Below, in pieces: positions 1 through 9,056 of a DNA stretch of 64,000 nt. The stretch is from positions 2,272,001 to 2,336,000 of the forward strand of contig CAXXQS010000001.1 in NCBI GenBank assembly GCA_963674735.2, given 5' to 3'. How positions within the stretch are numbered: the first letter of the stretch is position 1; each line of letters opens with the position of its first letter. This DNA is from Myxococcota bacterium. Lineage in GTDB: Bacteria; Myxococcota_A; SURF-8. Under the pieces are notes generated by a model that searched no databases, had not been told where the DNA came from, and saw only the letters and a list, made by a program, of their open reading frames with translations. Position numbers and translations under genes: made by a program.

Positions 1-971
1 AGCACTTCTTTGGCCACTAGCGCCAAGGCATCATCGACCAGAATCTTACGGGCTTCCATGTTGCCACGCACCGCCAGCCGCATTTTCTGCGGGACGGTCA
101 TTTCGCGAACCATATCACGCATGTTGAGCTTGTTTTTGATCTTGCTCTCAATGATTTCGGCTTCGGCATCCAGGTCGGCATCCGCCTCGAAATCGGACGT
201 TAGAAACGAGGGATACTCCCAATCAACCTCGCCGTCCTCCGTCTTGATTTCATGCACCACCTTTTCGGGGACGATATCCTCCGGCTTGACCTTCCCGAGA
301 AATTGGTCGATCAGCCGATTTTCATCATCGATCGTAATCAGGCGTTGGCGGCGCGCAAATTCGAGAACACGCGAGAGAAGAGCGATGGAGACGCGCGGAT
401 TCTTGGCAAACTCACTGATGATTTGCGGTGAACGCTGCAAACGCGACTGATTATTGGCGATCAGATCCACGATCTTGGGTGGCCCGACGCGGGTGAGAAG
501 AAGCAGCGTCTCGGTACCCGTCGCCGCGTTGAAAATGATCGTTTCGAGAATCCGATCCGGATCGTCCTCGGTGTAAAAATTGCGCGCCAGGTAATCGTTC
601 AATTTCCAAGGATGTTTTTGACTGGCAATGGTCTGGATAAGACCAACCGGCAGATCGTCCAGGCTTTCCTCAGCGGCTTCACGCACGGCCTTGTTTTCGT
701 CGTTCATCAGGGCGAACAGCGTCAAGCCCATCTCTTTAGGCGGCATGGGTGCCAGATTGCGGGCCAACAGCATGCGCCGCGTCGGATCGGCCTGAGGTGC
801 GAGATTTTTCTTGATTTCCTCGGGTATCTCTTCCGGTGTTAGCGGCTGGTAGATCAACTCCACCCCACCGATATTGGCCAGGACTTCTTCGGCCTCGGAC
901 TGCCGTTCGCTTGTAAACAGCTGCGCCGAGCCGGCAGCCGTTGCGTCGTCAGGATTTCTGGTTTCGCTCAT
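1..971 (-). CDS. Conserved hypothetical helical-repeat-like protein, 3' end runs off the window
   Basis: Not in the ORF track. Read by hand from the ATG at 971: MSETRNPDD...MRDMVREMTVPQKMRLAVRGNMEARKILVDD, open to the window edge. The start overlaps the end of coaX. It resembles a hypothetical family seen in deltaproteobacteria. Confidence 0.75.
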   Translation of the reverse strand, partial: MSETRNPDDATAAGSAQLFTSERQSEAEEVLANIGGVELIYQPLTPEEIPEEIKKNLAPQADPTRRMLLARNLAPMPPKEMGLTLFALMNDENKAVREAAEESLDDLPVGLIQTIASQKHPWKLNDYLARNFYTEDDPDRILETIIFNAATGTETLLLLTRVGPPKIVDLIANNQSRLQRSPQIISEFAKNPRVSIALLSRVLEFARRQRLITIDDENRLIDQFLGKVKPEDIVPEKVVHEIKTEDGEVDWEYPSFLTSDFEADADLDAEAEIIESKIKNKLNMRDMVREMTVPQKMRLAVRGNMEARKILVDDALALVAKEV

Positions 972-1719
972 AAATCAACCTCAGGCCATGAAGGGTTAAG
1001 GCGGGGTCCACCTCTTCGATAACTTGCGAATGCTTGGCAATCACCGCAGCCTGCCCCCCGGTGGCCATGACGCGGGTCGGAAAGTTCATTTCACCCTTCA
1101 AACGCATTACCATGCCGTCCACCATGGCGACATAGCCGTACACCAGGCCCGAGCGAATCGAGTCTACCGTGTTTTTACCCAGTGCCGAGGTCGGAGCGGA
1201 GAACTGAACACGCGGCAGTTTGGAAGCCCGGTGAAACAGGGCGTCGGCGGAGATGCCGATACCCGGACTGATCGTGCCACCCATGTATTCACCTTTTTGA
1301 GAGACACAGTCACAGGTGGTGGCGGTACCGAAATCGACGATGATCAAGCCGCTTCTATAACGTTCATAGGCAGCCACGGCGTTGACGATACGATCGGCCC
1401 CCACCTCACGCGGGTTATCGTACAAAATCGGCATACCGGTTTTGACGCCGGGCCCGACCGAGATGGGATCTTGATCGAAGTACTTCAGGCAGGCGCGCTC
1501 GATGGTACTCTGAATCGGGGGAACCACACAAGCCATGATACACCCCGAAATGTCGTCCTTTTTCACCGATGCAATGTCGAAAAGTTGCTTGAGCTGAATT
1601 CCATATTCATCATCGGTTTTGTTCTGCTTGGTTGCGATGCGCCAGTCATATGCCAGACGATCACCTTTGAACAAGCCGAAAACAATATTCGTGTTCCCGA
1701 TATCGATCACCAGTAGCAT
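949..1719 (-). CDS. coaX: Type III pantothenate kinase
   Basis: IDIGNTN, GADRIVN, VDFGTATT and ATGG motifs. Confidence 0.95.
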   Translation of the reverse strand: MLLVIDIGNTNIVFGLFKGDRLAYDWRIATKQNKTDDEYGIQLKQLFDIASVKKDDISGCIMACVVPPIQSTIERACLKYFDQDPISVGPGVKTGMPILYDNPREVGADRIVNAVAAYERYRSGLIIVDFGTATTCDCVSQKGEYMGGTISPGIGISADALFHRASKLPRVQFSAPTSALGKNTVDSIRSGLVYGYVAMVDGMVMRLKGEMNFPTRVMATGGQAAVIAKHSQVIEEVDPALTLHGLRLIYERNQKS

Positions 1720-1781
1720 GGCGGAACTCCTCCCTGGCTAATGGGCGCGAGTTTAGCATACCGCTGGCCACCATCAAAATG

Positions 1782-1812
1782 AAAACGCCGGTCGGTTCGA
1801 CCCGACCGGCGT
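1782..1812 (-). terminator. Intrinsic terminator after the pnt operon
   Basis: ACGCCGGTCGG/CCGACCGGCGT stem followed by TTTT on the minus strand, just past the pntB stop. Confidence 0.7.
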
Positions 1813-1834
1813 GTGTGATCGTCGAAAAAGGACT

Positions 1835-3247
1835 CTAGTGTGCGCCCTTTAACGCCCGCACCAGGCTTTCGGTGGTTTCCTTGGCATCGCCCAACAGCAT
1901 CATGGTATTGGAGCGATAGAACAGATCGTTGTCCACCCCGGCATAGCCGGACCCCAGGCTGCGTTTCAAAAAGAGTACCGTCTGCGCCCGTTCGACTTCC
2001 AGAATGGGCATCCCGAAAATCGGACTATTGGGATCTTTGGCCGCCGGGTTGGTGACATCGTTCGCACCGATGACGAAGGCCACGTCGGTGTTGGGAAAGT
2101 CGTTGTTGATGTCGTCCATCTCGAACACCTGATCGTAGGGCACGTTGGCATCGGCCAACAGAACGTTCATATGCCCGGGCATACGTCCGGCGACGGGATG
2201 CACCGCAAAACGGACGTTGACATTCTCCGCCCCGAGACGCTCCATCATCTCGCGCACCGCGTGCTGCGCCTGTGCGACCGCCATCCCGTAACCCGGTACG
2301 ATCACGACATTCTCCGCCTGTTTCAGCAAAAATGCCGCGTCCTCCACGCTTCCGATGTTGGCTCCGCGTTGTTGCGCCTGGGCGGCGGCCGAAGGTGCGG
2401 CGGCATCGCCGCTGCCGAAACCGCCGAACAATACGCTCAGGAAACTGCGGTTCATGGCCCGGCACATGATGTAGGAAAGAATCGCACCGGAAGCGCCGAT
2501 CAACGCACCGGTAATGATCAACAGGTTGTTGTTGAGCGTGAAGCCGATTCCGGCCGCAGCCCAACCCGAATAAGAATTGAGCATCGACACGATCACCGGC
2601 ATATCCGCCCCGCCGATGGGAATGATAAGCGTCACACCCAAAACCAGTGCAACGGCCGTCATCAGCCAGAAAGGCAGCCCCGCCTGACTGGCGGCGAAAC
2701 CGACCCCGAGCGCGACGATGGTCAGCCCGAGCAGCGCGTTCAGGGCGTGCTGCCCTTTGAATCGCACCGGAGCCGAGCCCATCAAGCCCTGAAGCTTGGC
2801 GAAAGCCACCAGCGACCCGCTGAAGGTAATCGCTCCGATCGCGTCGCCCAACAACATCTCGATCAGGCTGGAGGTGTAAATTCCACCTTCGGGAGCGGCG
2901 ATTCCGTATGCGGCCGGGGCGTAGAACGCGCCCTTGGCTACGAATACCGCCGCTAGACCCACCAAACTATGCAGCATGGCCACCAACTGCGGGAGCGCCG
3001 TCATTTGGATCCGCAGGGCCACTCCCACACCGATGCTCCCGCCTACCACAATGGCTCCGAGAATCCAGCCGTGGTGATGCACGTCCGGCGCGGCCAGCGT
3101 GGCCAAAACGGCCAACGCCATCCCGCAGATGGCATACACGTTTCCCCGGCGGGCCGTTTCCGGCGAGCTGAGGCCCTTGAGCCCAAAGATAAAAAGCACC
3201 GAGGCGGCCAAATACGCCAGCAGCGAAAAATCTTGATACGTCATCAT
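1835..3247 (-). CDS. pntB: NAD(P) transhydrogenase subunit beta
   Basis: IGGADMPV, NSYSGW, VPGYGMAVAQAQ and HPVAGRMPGHMNVLL motifs. Confidence 0.97.
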   Translation of the reverse strand: MMTYQDFSLLAYLAASVLFIFGLKGLSSPETARRGNVYAICGMALAVLATLAAPDVHHHGWILGAIVVGGSIGVGVALRIQMTALPQLVAMLHSLVGLAAVFVAKGAFYAPAAYGIAAPEGGIYTSSLIEMLLGDAIGAITFSGSLVAFAKLQGLMGSAPVRFKGQHALNALLGLTIVALGVGFAASQAGLPFWLMTAVALVLGVTLIIPIGGADMPVIVSMLNSYSGWAAAGIGFTLNNNLLIITGALIGASGAILSYIMCRAMNRSFLSVLFGGFGSGDAAAPSAAAQAQQRGANIGSVEDAAFLLKQAENVVIVPGYGMAVAQAQHAVREMMERLGAENVNVRFAVHPVAGRMPGHMNVLLADANVPYDQVFEMDDINNDFPNTDVAFVIGANDVTNPAAKDPNSPIFGMPILEVERAQTVLFLKRSLGSGYAGVDNDLFYRSNTMMLLGDAKETTESLVRALKGAH

Positions 3248-3259
3248 ACCCCCCCTTTT

Positions 3260-3541
3260 CTACCGGCGTTTCTTGAATTTGTTCAACATACGCTGGGTCA
3301 CCACGAAACCGCCGAAGACGTTCACCGAAGCCAGCGTCACGGCGACCAGACCGAACAGGCTGGCCAGTTGAAACTCTTCGGGGGCAGCGGCGATGATGGC
3401 ACCCACCACAATCACGCCACTGATGGCATTGGTCACCGACATGAGCGGCGTATGCAAGGCGGGGGTGACGTTCCACACCACGTGATAGCCGACAAACACG
3501 GCCAGAATGAAAACGGTTAATGCGGCGATGAAAACACTCAT
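3260..3541 (-). CDS. pntAB: NAD(P) transhydrogenase alpha subunit, membrane part
   Basis: [18 protein letters not shown] and [13 protein letters not shown] motifs. Confidence 0.95.
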   Translation of the reverse strand: MSVFIAALTVFILAVFVGYHVVWNVTPALHTPLMSVTNAISGVIVVGAIIAAAPEEFQLASLFGLVAVTLASVNVFGGFVVTQRMLNKFKKRR

Positions 3542-3568
3542 ACCAAACCTCCCAAATCTTCAAATCCC

Positions 3569-4705
3569 TCACGCGGTTTGCGATCCACCCAGCATGGGAT
3601 GCACGATGCGTCCGTCATGAGCCACCAAGGATCCGGCCACGATTTCATCAGCGCGGTCGATCGCGAAATGCCCTTCCTTATCCAGCATATTGAACAGGAA
3701 GTTCACCACGTTGCGGGAAAACAGGTTCGACGCTTCGCCCGCCAGCAGCGACGGCAAATTGACCGTGCCGATAAGAGTCACGCCGTGGCGCAGCACCGTT
3801 TCATCTTTCTCGGTCAATTCGCAGTTGCCTCCACCCTCGGCGGCGAGGTCCACAATTACCGAGCCGGGCTTCATGCCCGCAACCGTGGCAGCGGAAATCA
3901 AACGCGGGCTGGGACGCCCCGGAACGGCCGCCGTGGTGATGACGATGTCCATTTTTTTGATGTGCTCGCCCAGTAACTCGACCTGGCGGGCCCGTTCCTC
4001 GTCGTTGAGTTCGCGTGCGTAACCGCCGGAAGTCTCGGCATCGCCGATACCCAGATCGATTTCAACGAACTTCGCCCCCAGGCTCTTCACCTGCTCCTTG
4101 ACGGCGCTGCGGATGTCGAAGGAGGAGACCACCGCACCCAAGCGTTTGGCGGTCGCAATGGCCTGCAAACCGGCCACGCCCGCCCCGATCACCAGCACCT
4201 TGGCCGGTCGGACCGTCCCGGCGGCGGTCATGAACATGGGCAGCAAGCCCTGGTAGGTATTCGCCGCCAGAAGGACGGCTTTATATCCGGCCAGATTGGC
4301 CTGCGAACTGAGAATATCCATCGACTGCGCACGGGTGATACGCGGCACCATCTCCAGGGCGAAGACGGAGACGCCGCGTTCGGCCAGATTTTCGATGGTT
4401 TCCTTTTCATTGAACGGCCGCATGGCGGCAATCAACACCGCACCGGATTTGAAGCGTTTCACCTCATCCGAACTTGGCGGCTGTATTTTAACGACAATAT
4501 CGGAGCGGTCGAGTACGTCTTCCGCCGTCTCGGCCAGTTCGGCTCCCGCATCGAGATACTCGGCGTCGCTGAAATTTGCGGCGCTACCCGCGCCTTTCTC
4601 CACTAAAACGGCGAAACCCTTCGCTTTGAGCTTCCCCACCGTTTCAGGCGTCGACGCCACCCGGTTTTCACCCGCCATCCGCTCTCGCACAATCCCAACC
4701 ACCAT
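3569..4705 (-). CDS. pntAA: NAD(P) transhydrogenase alpha subunit, soluble NAD(H)-binding part
   Basis: PRITRAQSMDILSSQ and GAGVAGLQAIATA motifs. Start moved to the ATG at 4705, behind an AAGGAGG RBS. Confidence 0.95.
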   Translation of the reverse strand: MVVGIVRERMAGENRVASTPETVGKLKAKGFAVLVEKGAGSAANFSDAEYLDAGAELAETAEDVLDRSDIVVKIQPPSSDEVKRFKSGAVLIAAMRPFNEKETIENLAERGVSVFALEMVPRITRAQSMDILSSQANLAGYKAVLLAANTYQGLLPMFMTAAGTVRPAKVLVIGAGVAGLQAIATAKRLGAVVSSFDIRSAVKEQVKSLGAKFVEIDLGIGDAETSGGYARELNDEERARQVELLGEHIKKMDIVITTAAVPGRPSPRLISAATVAGMKPGSVIVDLAAEGGGNCELTEKDETVLRHGVTLIGTVNLPSLLAGEASNLFSRNVVNFLFNMLDKEGHFAIDRADEIVAGSLVAHDGRIVHPMLGGSQTA

Positions 4706-4945
4706 GGAGCCCTCCTTTCGCATCACGATAGGTTTGCCCGTGTTTGACGATACCCAGACTGCAATAACCACAAATTAGGTCGTCATTGACAAGCGTCACC
4801 CGAAAGACGTTCCGGTGAAGGCATTTATTCCGATAATTCGGCGGCTTAGCCGTGATTCAGATTTGCATTGGGCGAAGGCGCAGAACATGCTATCGTCCTC
4901 ATTCTGATCGGTAACGGATATATGGGACTCGCCAAGGAGACAGCC

Positions 4946-5875
4946 ATGCCCCCGGAATTCACCCCCCAAAATCTATACGGCTGGCCGGGATTGGTCGCCA
5001 ATCTCGGACCGCTCAGTATCGGCTTGGCCCCGGACATCGGCGGCCGCATCATTTCGTTGACCTATGAAGGCAAAGAATTGCTCTTCGTACAAAAAGAACA
5101 TGCGGGAGAAACCTTCGATTTCAGTCAGGTTTCCGATCTCGACGCCGAAAAGCGCCGTCTCGGCTTCCGTCTGTGGGGCGGCGACAAGACCTGGGTAGCC
5201 CCACAGGAAGCCTGGACCGAAGCCATGCCGCCTTTGGAATTGGACGCCGGGCGCTATTCCTGCACACATGAAGGTCTCCAGGCTGTCATGACCAGCCCCG
5301 TCTGCCACGAAACCGGGCTACGCATCAGCCGAGAAGTGTGCTTAGCTGACGATGGCACCATAGAACTATGCCAGACTTTCCACAATGCGACCGATACGCC
5401 GGTCACGCGCGGCATCTGGGACGTCACCCAGGCATTGCGGCCCTTCGACGTCTATTTTCCTTGTAAAAAAGAAGACTTACGTCCATATCCGCAGGAAGGC
5501 GATTCCGTCGTATTGGCGGATCAATTGTTGGAAGAAGTCGAGGGCTGGACGCGCCTACCCTGCCGCGAGGCCGCCCACTTCAAGTTCGGTGCCCGGCTCG
5601 ATAAAGGCATGTTGATCGCCCTGCGACCGGTTAAAAACGGCATGCTGATCTTCGGCCGCCGTTTCCGGGTCGATCCGGAGGGACACTACCTGCACGGGGC
5701 CAACGCCGAAGTCTACAACAGCCCCAACATGAACTACCTGGAAATCGAAGTTCACGGACCCAGCCGAACCCTTTCGCCCGGTGAAAAGCTGCAACATATC
5801 CAGAAATGGAAAATCGGCCGTTCCCCCCGGATTCTAACTCCGACGGAAGCGGCCGACTTGTTGTTCGAAGCTTAG
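4946..5875 (+). CDS. DUF4380 / aldose-epimerase-like beta-sandwich protein
   Basis: PDIGGRIISL, WGGDKTWVAPQ and YLEIEVHGP motifs; AAGGAG RBS before the ATG at 4946. Confidence 0.65.
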   Translation: MPPEFTPQNLYGWPGLVANLGPLSIGLAPDIGGRIISLTYEGKELLFVQKEHAGETFDFSQVSDLDAEKRRLGFRLWGGDKTWVAPQEAWTEAMPPLELDAGRYSCTHEGLQAVMTSPVCHETGLRISREVCLADDGTIELCQTFHNATDTPVTRGIWDVTQALRPFDVYFPCKKEDLRPYPQEGDSVVLADQLLEEVEGWTRLPCREAAHFKFGARLDKGMLIALRPVKNGMLIFGRRFRVDPEGHYLHGANAEVYNSPNMNYLEIEVHGPSRTLSPGEKLQHIQKWKIGRSPRILTPTEAADLLFEA

Positions 5876-5885
5876 CGGACGGACG

Positions 5886-6923
5886 TTAGCCGAACAGCTT
5901 GTCCATCTCGATGTGTTGCTTGACCATCTCTTCGAGAATAATCACTTTCTCGGGGTCTTCGGTGGTCAGTAGCGGCTGCATGTGGTTCACGCTCATGGCC
6001 ACGGCATAGGTGTCCTTGGCGGTGAGCAGCAGCGGGATCTTCTTCTCGTTGAATTTCGAGATGATGTTGGGGGGAGGCAGAATGTTGTTGGTCAGGATCA
6101 CCGCCGACGCCTCGCCCTCGATCGCCAGAAGCAGCATGTCAGTGCGGTCACCGGCCGTGATGATGAGCTTGTTCTCCTTCTGGAACAGCGGATTGCGCAT
6201 CGCCGCATCGGCCGACATCGCGCCGACGAACACATTCTGCACCTTGTTGCCCAGACGGCTTTCGCCCGACAACACCTTCGGCATAAGCTTTTCGGCCACG
6301 CGCGAAACCGTCAGGCTGGTCAGCTCGGCGTTGAAGGGGATCGCACCCATCACCGGCACACCGATGTTGCGCAGCTCGGGCAGGGTGGACTCGTTGAAGT
6401 CATCGAGGTTGGGGATCTTGTTGACGATCACGCCCGCCAGTTCGACGTCGTACACTTCGAGGAACTTCTTCAGGATGGCGGCGTCGTCGAGCACCAGGTT
6501 TTCGTCGCCGTTGATCACGCACACCATCTTCGCGCCCAAGGTTTTGGCCATCCCGATGGGATCCATGAAAACCGAGCAACCGTAGGAAAAATCTTTGCCG
6601 CTTTCAACAAACAGAACCTCGCGGCCTTCTTCCAGTTTGGTCGCCATGGCGTTCATTTTGTCGGCGATACCCTGCTGATCGTACATATACCGCAGTTTGG
6701 CCTGCTCGAAGCCGATGGTGATGTCCTGGGCTTCTTCTTTGAGCCCGAACAGCGACACCAGCAGCGCCGAGTCGTGATCCCACAACTGCTTTTTCTTGTA
6801 CATCAGGCGATCGCCCAGGGGCTTCATATACCCGAAGGGTTTTCCCAGCGCCTTGGCCATACCGACCACCAGGCTGGTTTTTCCACTATTTCGTCGTACC
6901 GATGTAATTACCACTCTAGCCAT
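5886..6923 (-). CDS. AAA_26 + DRTGG domain (phosphotransacetylase N-terminal-like) protein
   Basis: NSGKT P-loop, GYMKPLG, and ITAGDRTD (DRTGG-type) motifs. Confidence 0.85.
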   Translation of the reverse strand: MARVVITSVRRNSGKTSLVVGMAKALGKPFGYMKPLGDRLMYKKKQLWDHDSALLVSLFGLKEEAQDITIGFEQAKLRYMYDQQGIADKMNAMATKLEEGREVLFVESGKDFSYGCSVFMDPIGMAKTLGAKMVCVINGDENLVLDDAAILKKFLEVYDVELAGVIVNKIPNLDDFNESTLPELRNIGVPVMGAIPFNAELTSLTVSRVAEKLMPKVLSGESRLGNKVQNVFVGAMSADAAMRNPLFQKENKLIITAGDRTDMLLLAIEGEASAVILTNNILPPPNIISKFNEKKIPLLLTAKDTYAVAMSVNHMQPLLTTEDPEKVIILEEMVKQHIEMDKLFG

Positions 6924-6926
6924 CTC

Positions 6927-9056
6927 TCACTCCTTCGGATTAGCAATGAGGATTCGTGCATCCAATGCCAAACAACCTTCACCCTGCTCATACGCTACGA
7001 GCGGGTTGATTTCGATATCCGTGATGTCCTCACACAATTGAATCAAGGCCCCGACCTTCAGAAGCGATTCGTGAATGGTCTGGATGTCCTTGGGCGCTTC
7101 ACCGCGAACGCCCAGCAGCAGGGGATACGAGCGGATCTCGCTGATCATGTCGTTGACTTCACGCTTCGTAATCGGCAGGCTGCGGAACGCCACGTCCTTC
7201 ATGACTTCAACGTAAATACCACCCAGTCCGAACATCAGAATCGGACCGAAAACACTGTCGCGGCGCGCACCGATGATCGTTTCGACACCCGGCTTCACCA
7301 TCTTGGCGATTTCGATGCCGTCGATCTTCGCGCTGCGGTCGTACTGGCGGCAGTTGTGCATGATCGCCTGATAGGCGTCGAGCACTTCCTCTTTATTGAG
7401 CAGGTCCAAGGCCACACCGCCCGCATCCGACTTATGCAGGATGTCGCGCGAGACGACCTTCATGACCACCGGGTAGCCGATTTCCTCGGCGTATTCGACG
7501 GCCTGTTTCAGGTTTTTGGCGATTCTGGATTCCGGAACCGGGATCCCGGCCGCCCGCATCATGTCCTGCGCTTCGGGAGCGAGCAGGAAGTTACGGCTGT
7601 CCTTGCGCACGCCCGCCACGATTTTGCGCACCGCCTCGATGTCGATTTGGTCTTTCATCAGATCGCGGGCATAGGCTTGATTCTTTGCACGCTTGCGATA
7701 GGCATGGGTGAAGTACAGGGCACCCATCACACTCACCGCTTCGTACACGTCATTGTAAACCGGCACACCCTTTTTACGCAGGGCATCGGCCGTACGCACC
7801 AGTTCCTCGCCGCCGAACAGCGAGAAGACGACGGGCTTTTTGCCTTCGTAAACGCGATATTTCTCTTCGATGGCCTGGGCCAGCTCGCGTTCATCCATGG
7901 TGGCCGTTTCGCAGTAAAGCGAAATGCAGGAATGAAAGTCCTCGTAATCGAAGGACGCCTGCAAGGCCTTTTTGTAATCCTCACCCGAGGCGGCGCCGGT
8001 GATATCGATGGGGTTTTTCACCGAGCCGAGTTCGGGAGTGGCGTTTCTGAATTTTTCGACCAGCACTTCGGCATCGTCGTACAGCTTGATGCCGTATTTT
8101 TCGCAGGCGTCGGTCGCCATAACGCCGATGCCGCCACCGTTGGTCACGATCGTGCAGTTCTCGCCGTCGAGAGGCGGGCTTTCGGCCAGGAAGGTGGCCC
8201 AGTTAAAGGCCTCCTGGATGCTCTCGGCCCGCAACACGCCGCATTGACGCATGATCGAATCGAAGATTTCGTCCGAGCCCGCCAGCGAACCGGTATGCGA
8301 GGCCACAGCCACCGCACCGCGTTTGGAACGACCGGACTTGATCACCACCACCGGCTTGCGAACGGTGGCGCGTTTCAGGGTCTCCACGAAACGCACGCCG
8401 TCTTTGACGCCTTCGATGTACATCAGGATGGTTTTGGTCTGCGGGTCGTCCACCAGATAATCCAGCAGATCCGACTCGTCGATGTCGGCTTTGTTGCCCA
8501 CCGAAACAATGGCGGAGAGCCCGATGTTTTCGGCGGCGGTTTTACCGATCATCGCAATACCGATGGCGCCGCTCTGCGTTACGATGGCCACATGCCCCGG
8601 GCAAATCTTGCCCGCCGAGAAAGTGGCGTTCATCTTGCTGTGGGCCACGTAGATTCCGAAGATGTTCGGACCCAGGATGCGAGTTCCGCGTTCTTTCGCG
8701 TACTCGGCAATTTTGTGTTCTTCTTCCGCGTTGCCGACTTCGGAAAATCCCGAAGTGATAATGGCAACGTTCCCCACGCCCTTATCCGCACAGTCCTTCA
8801 CCGCATCGAAGACATACTGAGACGGAACGGCAATGCAAGCCAGGTCGATCGGGACTTCAATGTCACGAACGGATTTGACCGACGGGTGCCCGAGCACCTC
8901 GCCGCCACGGGGGTTGACCGGGTAGATCCCGCCCTCGTAACCGCTTGTGACAATGTTCTGAACCAGCCGATAGCCAATCTTTGCTGGGTTCGTTGAAGCG
9001 CCGACAACTGCCACATTCCGAGGCTCGAATAGCAACTTGATGTTCGACTCCATCAC
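6927..9056 (-). CDS. Acetate/acyl-CoA ligase (ADP-forming), fused alpha+beta
   Basis: VAVVGAS, GPNIFG, SHTGSLAG (phospho-His), TNGGG and HKSDAGGV ATP-grasp motifs. Confidence 0.92.
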   Translation of the reverse strand: MMESNIKLLFEPRNVAVVGASTNPAKIGYRLVQNIVTSGYEGGIYPVNPRGGEVLGHPSVKSVRDIEVPIDLACIAVPSQYVFDAVKDCADKGVGNVAIITSGFSEVGNAEEEHKIAEYAKERGTRILGPNIFGIYVAHSKMNATFSAGKICPGHVAIVTQSGAIGIAMIGKTAAENIGLSAIVSVGNKADIDESDLLDYLVDDPQTKTILMYIEGVKDGVRFVETLKRATVRKPVVVIKSGRSKRGAVAVASHTGSLAGSDEIFDSIMRQCGVLRAESIQEAFNWATFLAESPPLDGENCTIVTNGGGIGVMATDACEKYGIKLYDDAEVLVEKFRNATPELGSVKNPIDITGAASGEDYKKALQASFDYEDFHSCISLYCETATMDERELAQAIEEKYRVYEGKKPVVFSLFGGEELVRTADALRKKGVPVYNDVYEAVSVMGALYFTHAYRKRAKNQAYARDLMKDQIDIEAVRKIVAGVRKDSRNFLLAPEAQDMMRAAGIPVPESRIAKNLKQAVEYAEEIGYPVVMKVVSRDILHKSDAGGVALDLLNKEEVLDAYQAIMHNCRQYDRSAKIDGIEIAKMVKPGVETIIGARRDSVFGPILMFGLGGIYVEVMKDVAFRSLPITKREVNDMISEIRSYPLLLGVRGEAPKDIQTIHESLLKVGALIQLCEDITDIEINPLVAYEQGEGCLALDARILIANPKE

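Noticed and set aside
5982-8996. 1004-aa plus-strand ORF and other long antisense ORFs (9140-11050, 15012-16718, 27924-29390, 42560-44092)
   Set aside because: Shadow frames opposite well-supported genes in GC-rich DNA, with no recognisable motifs.
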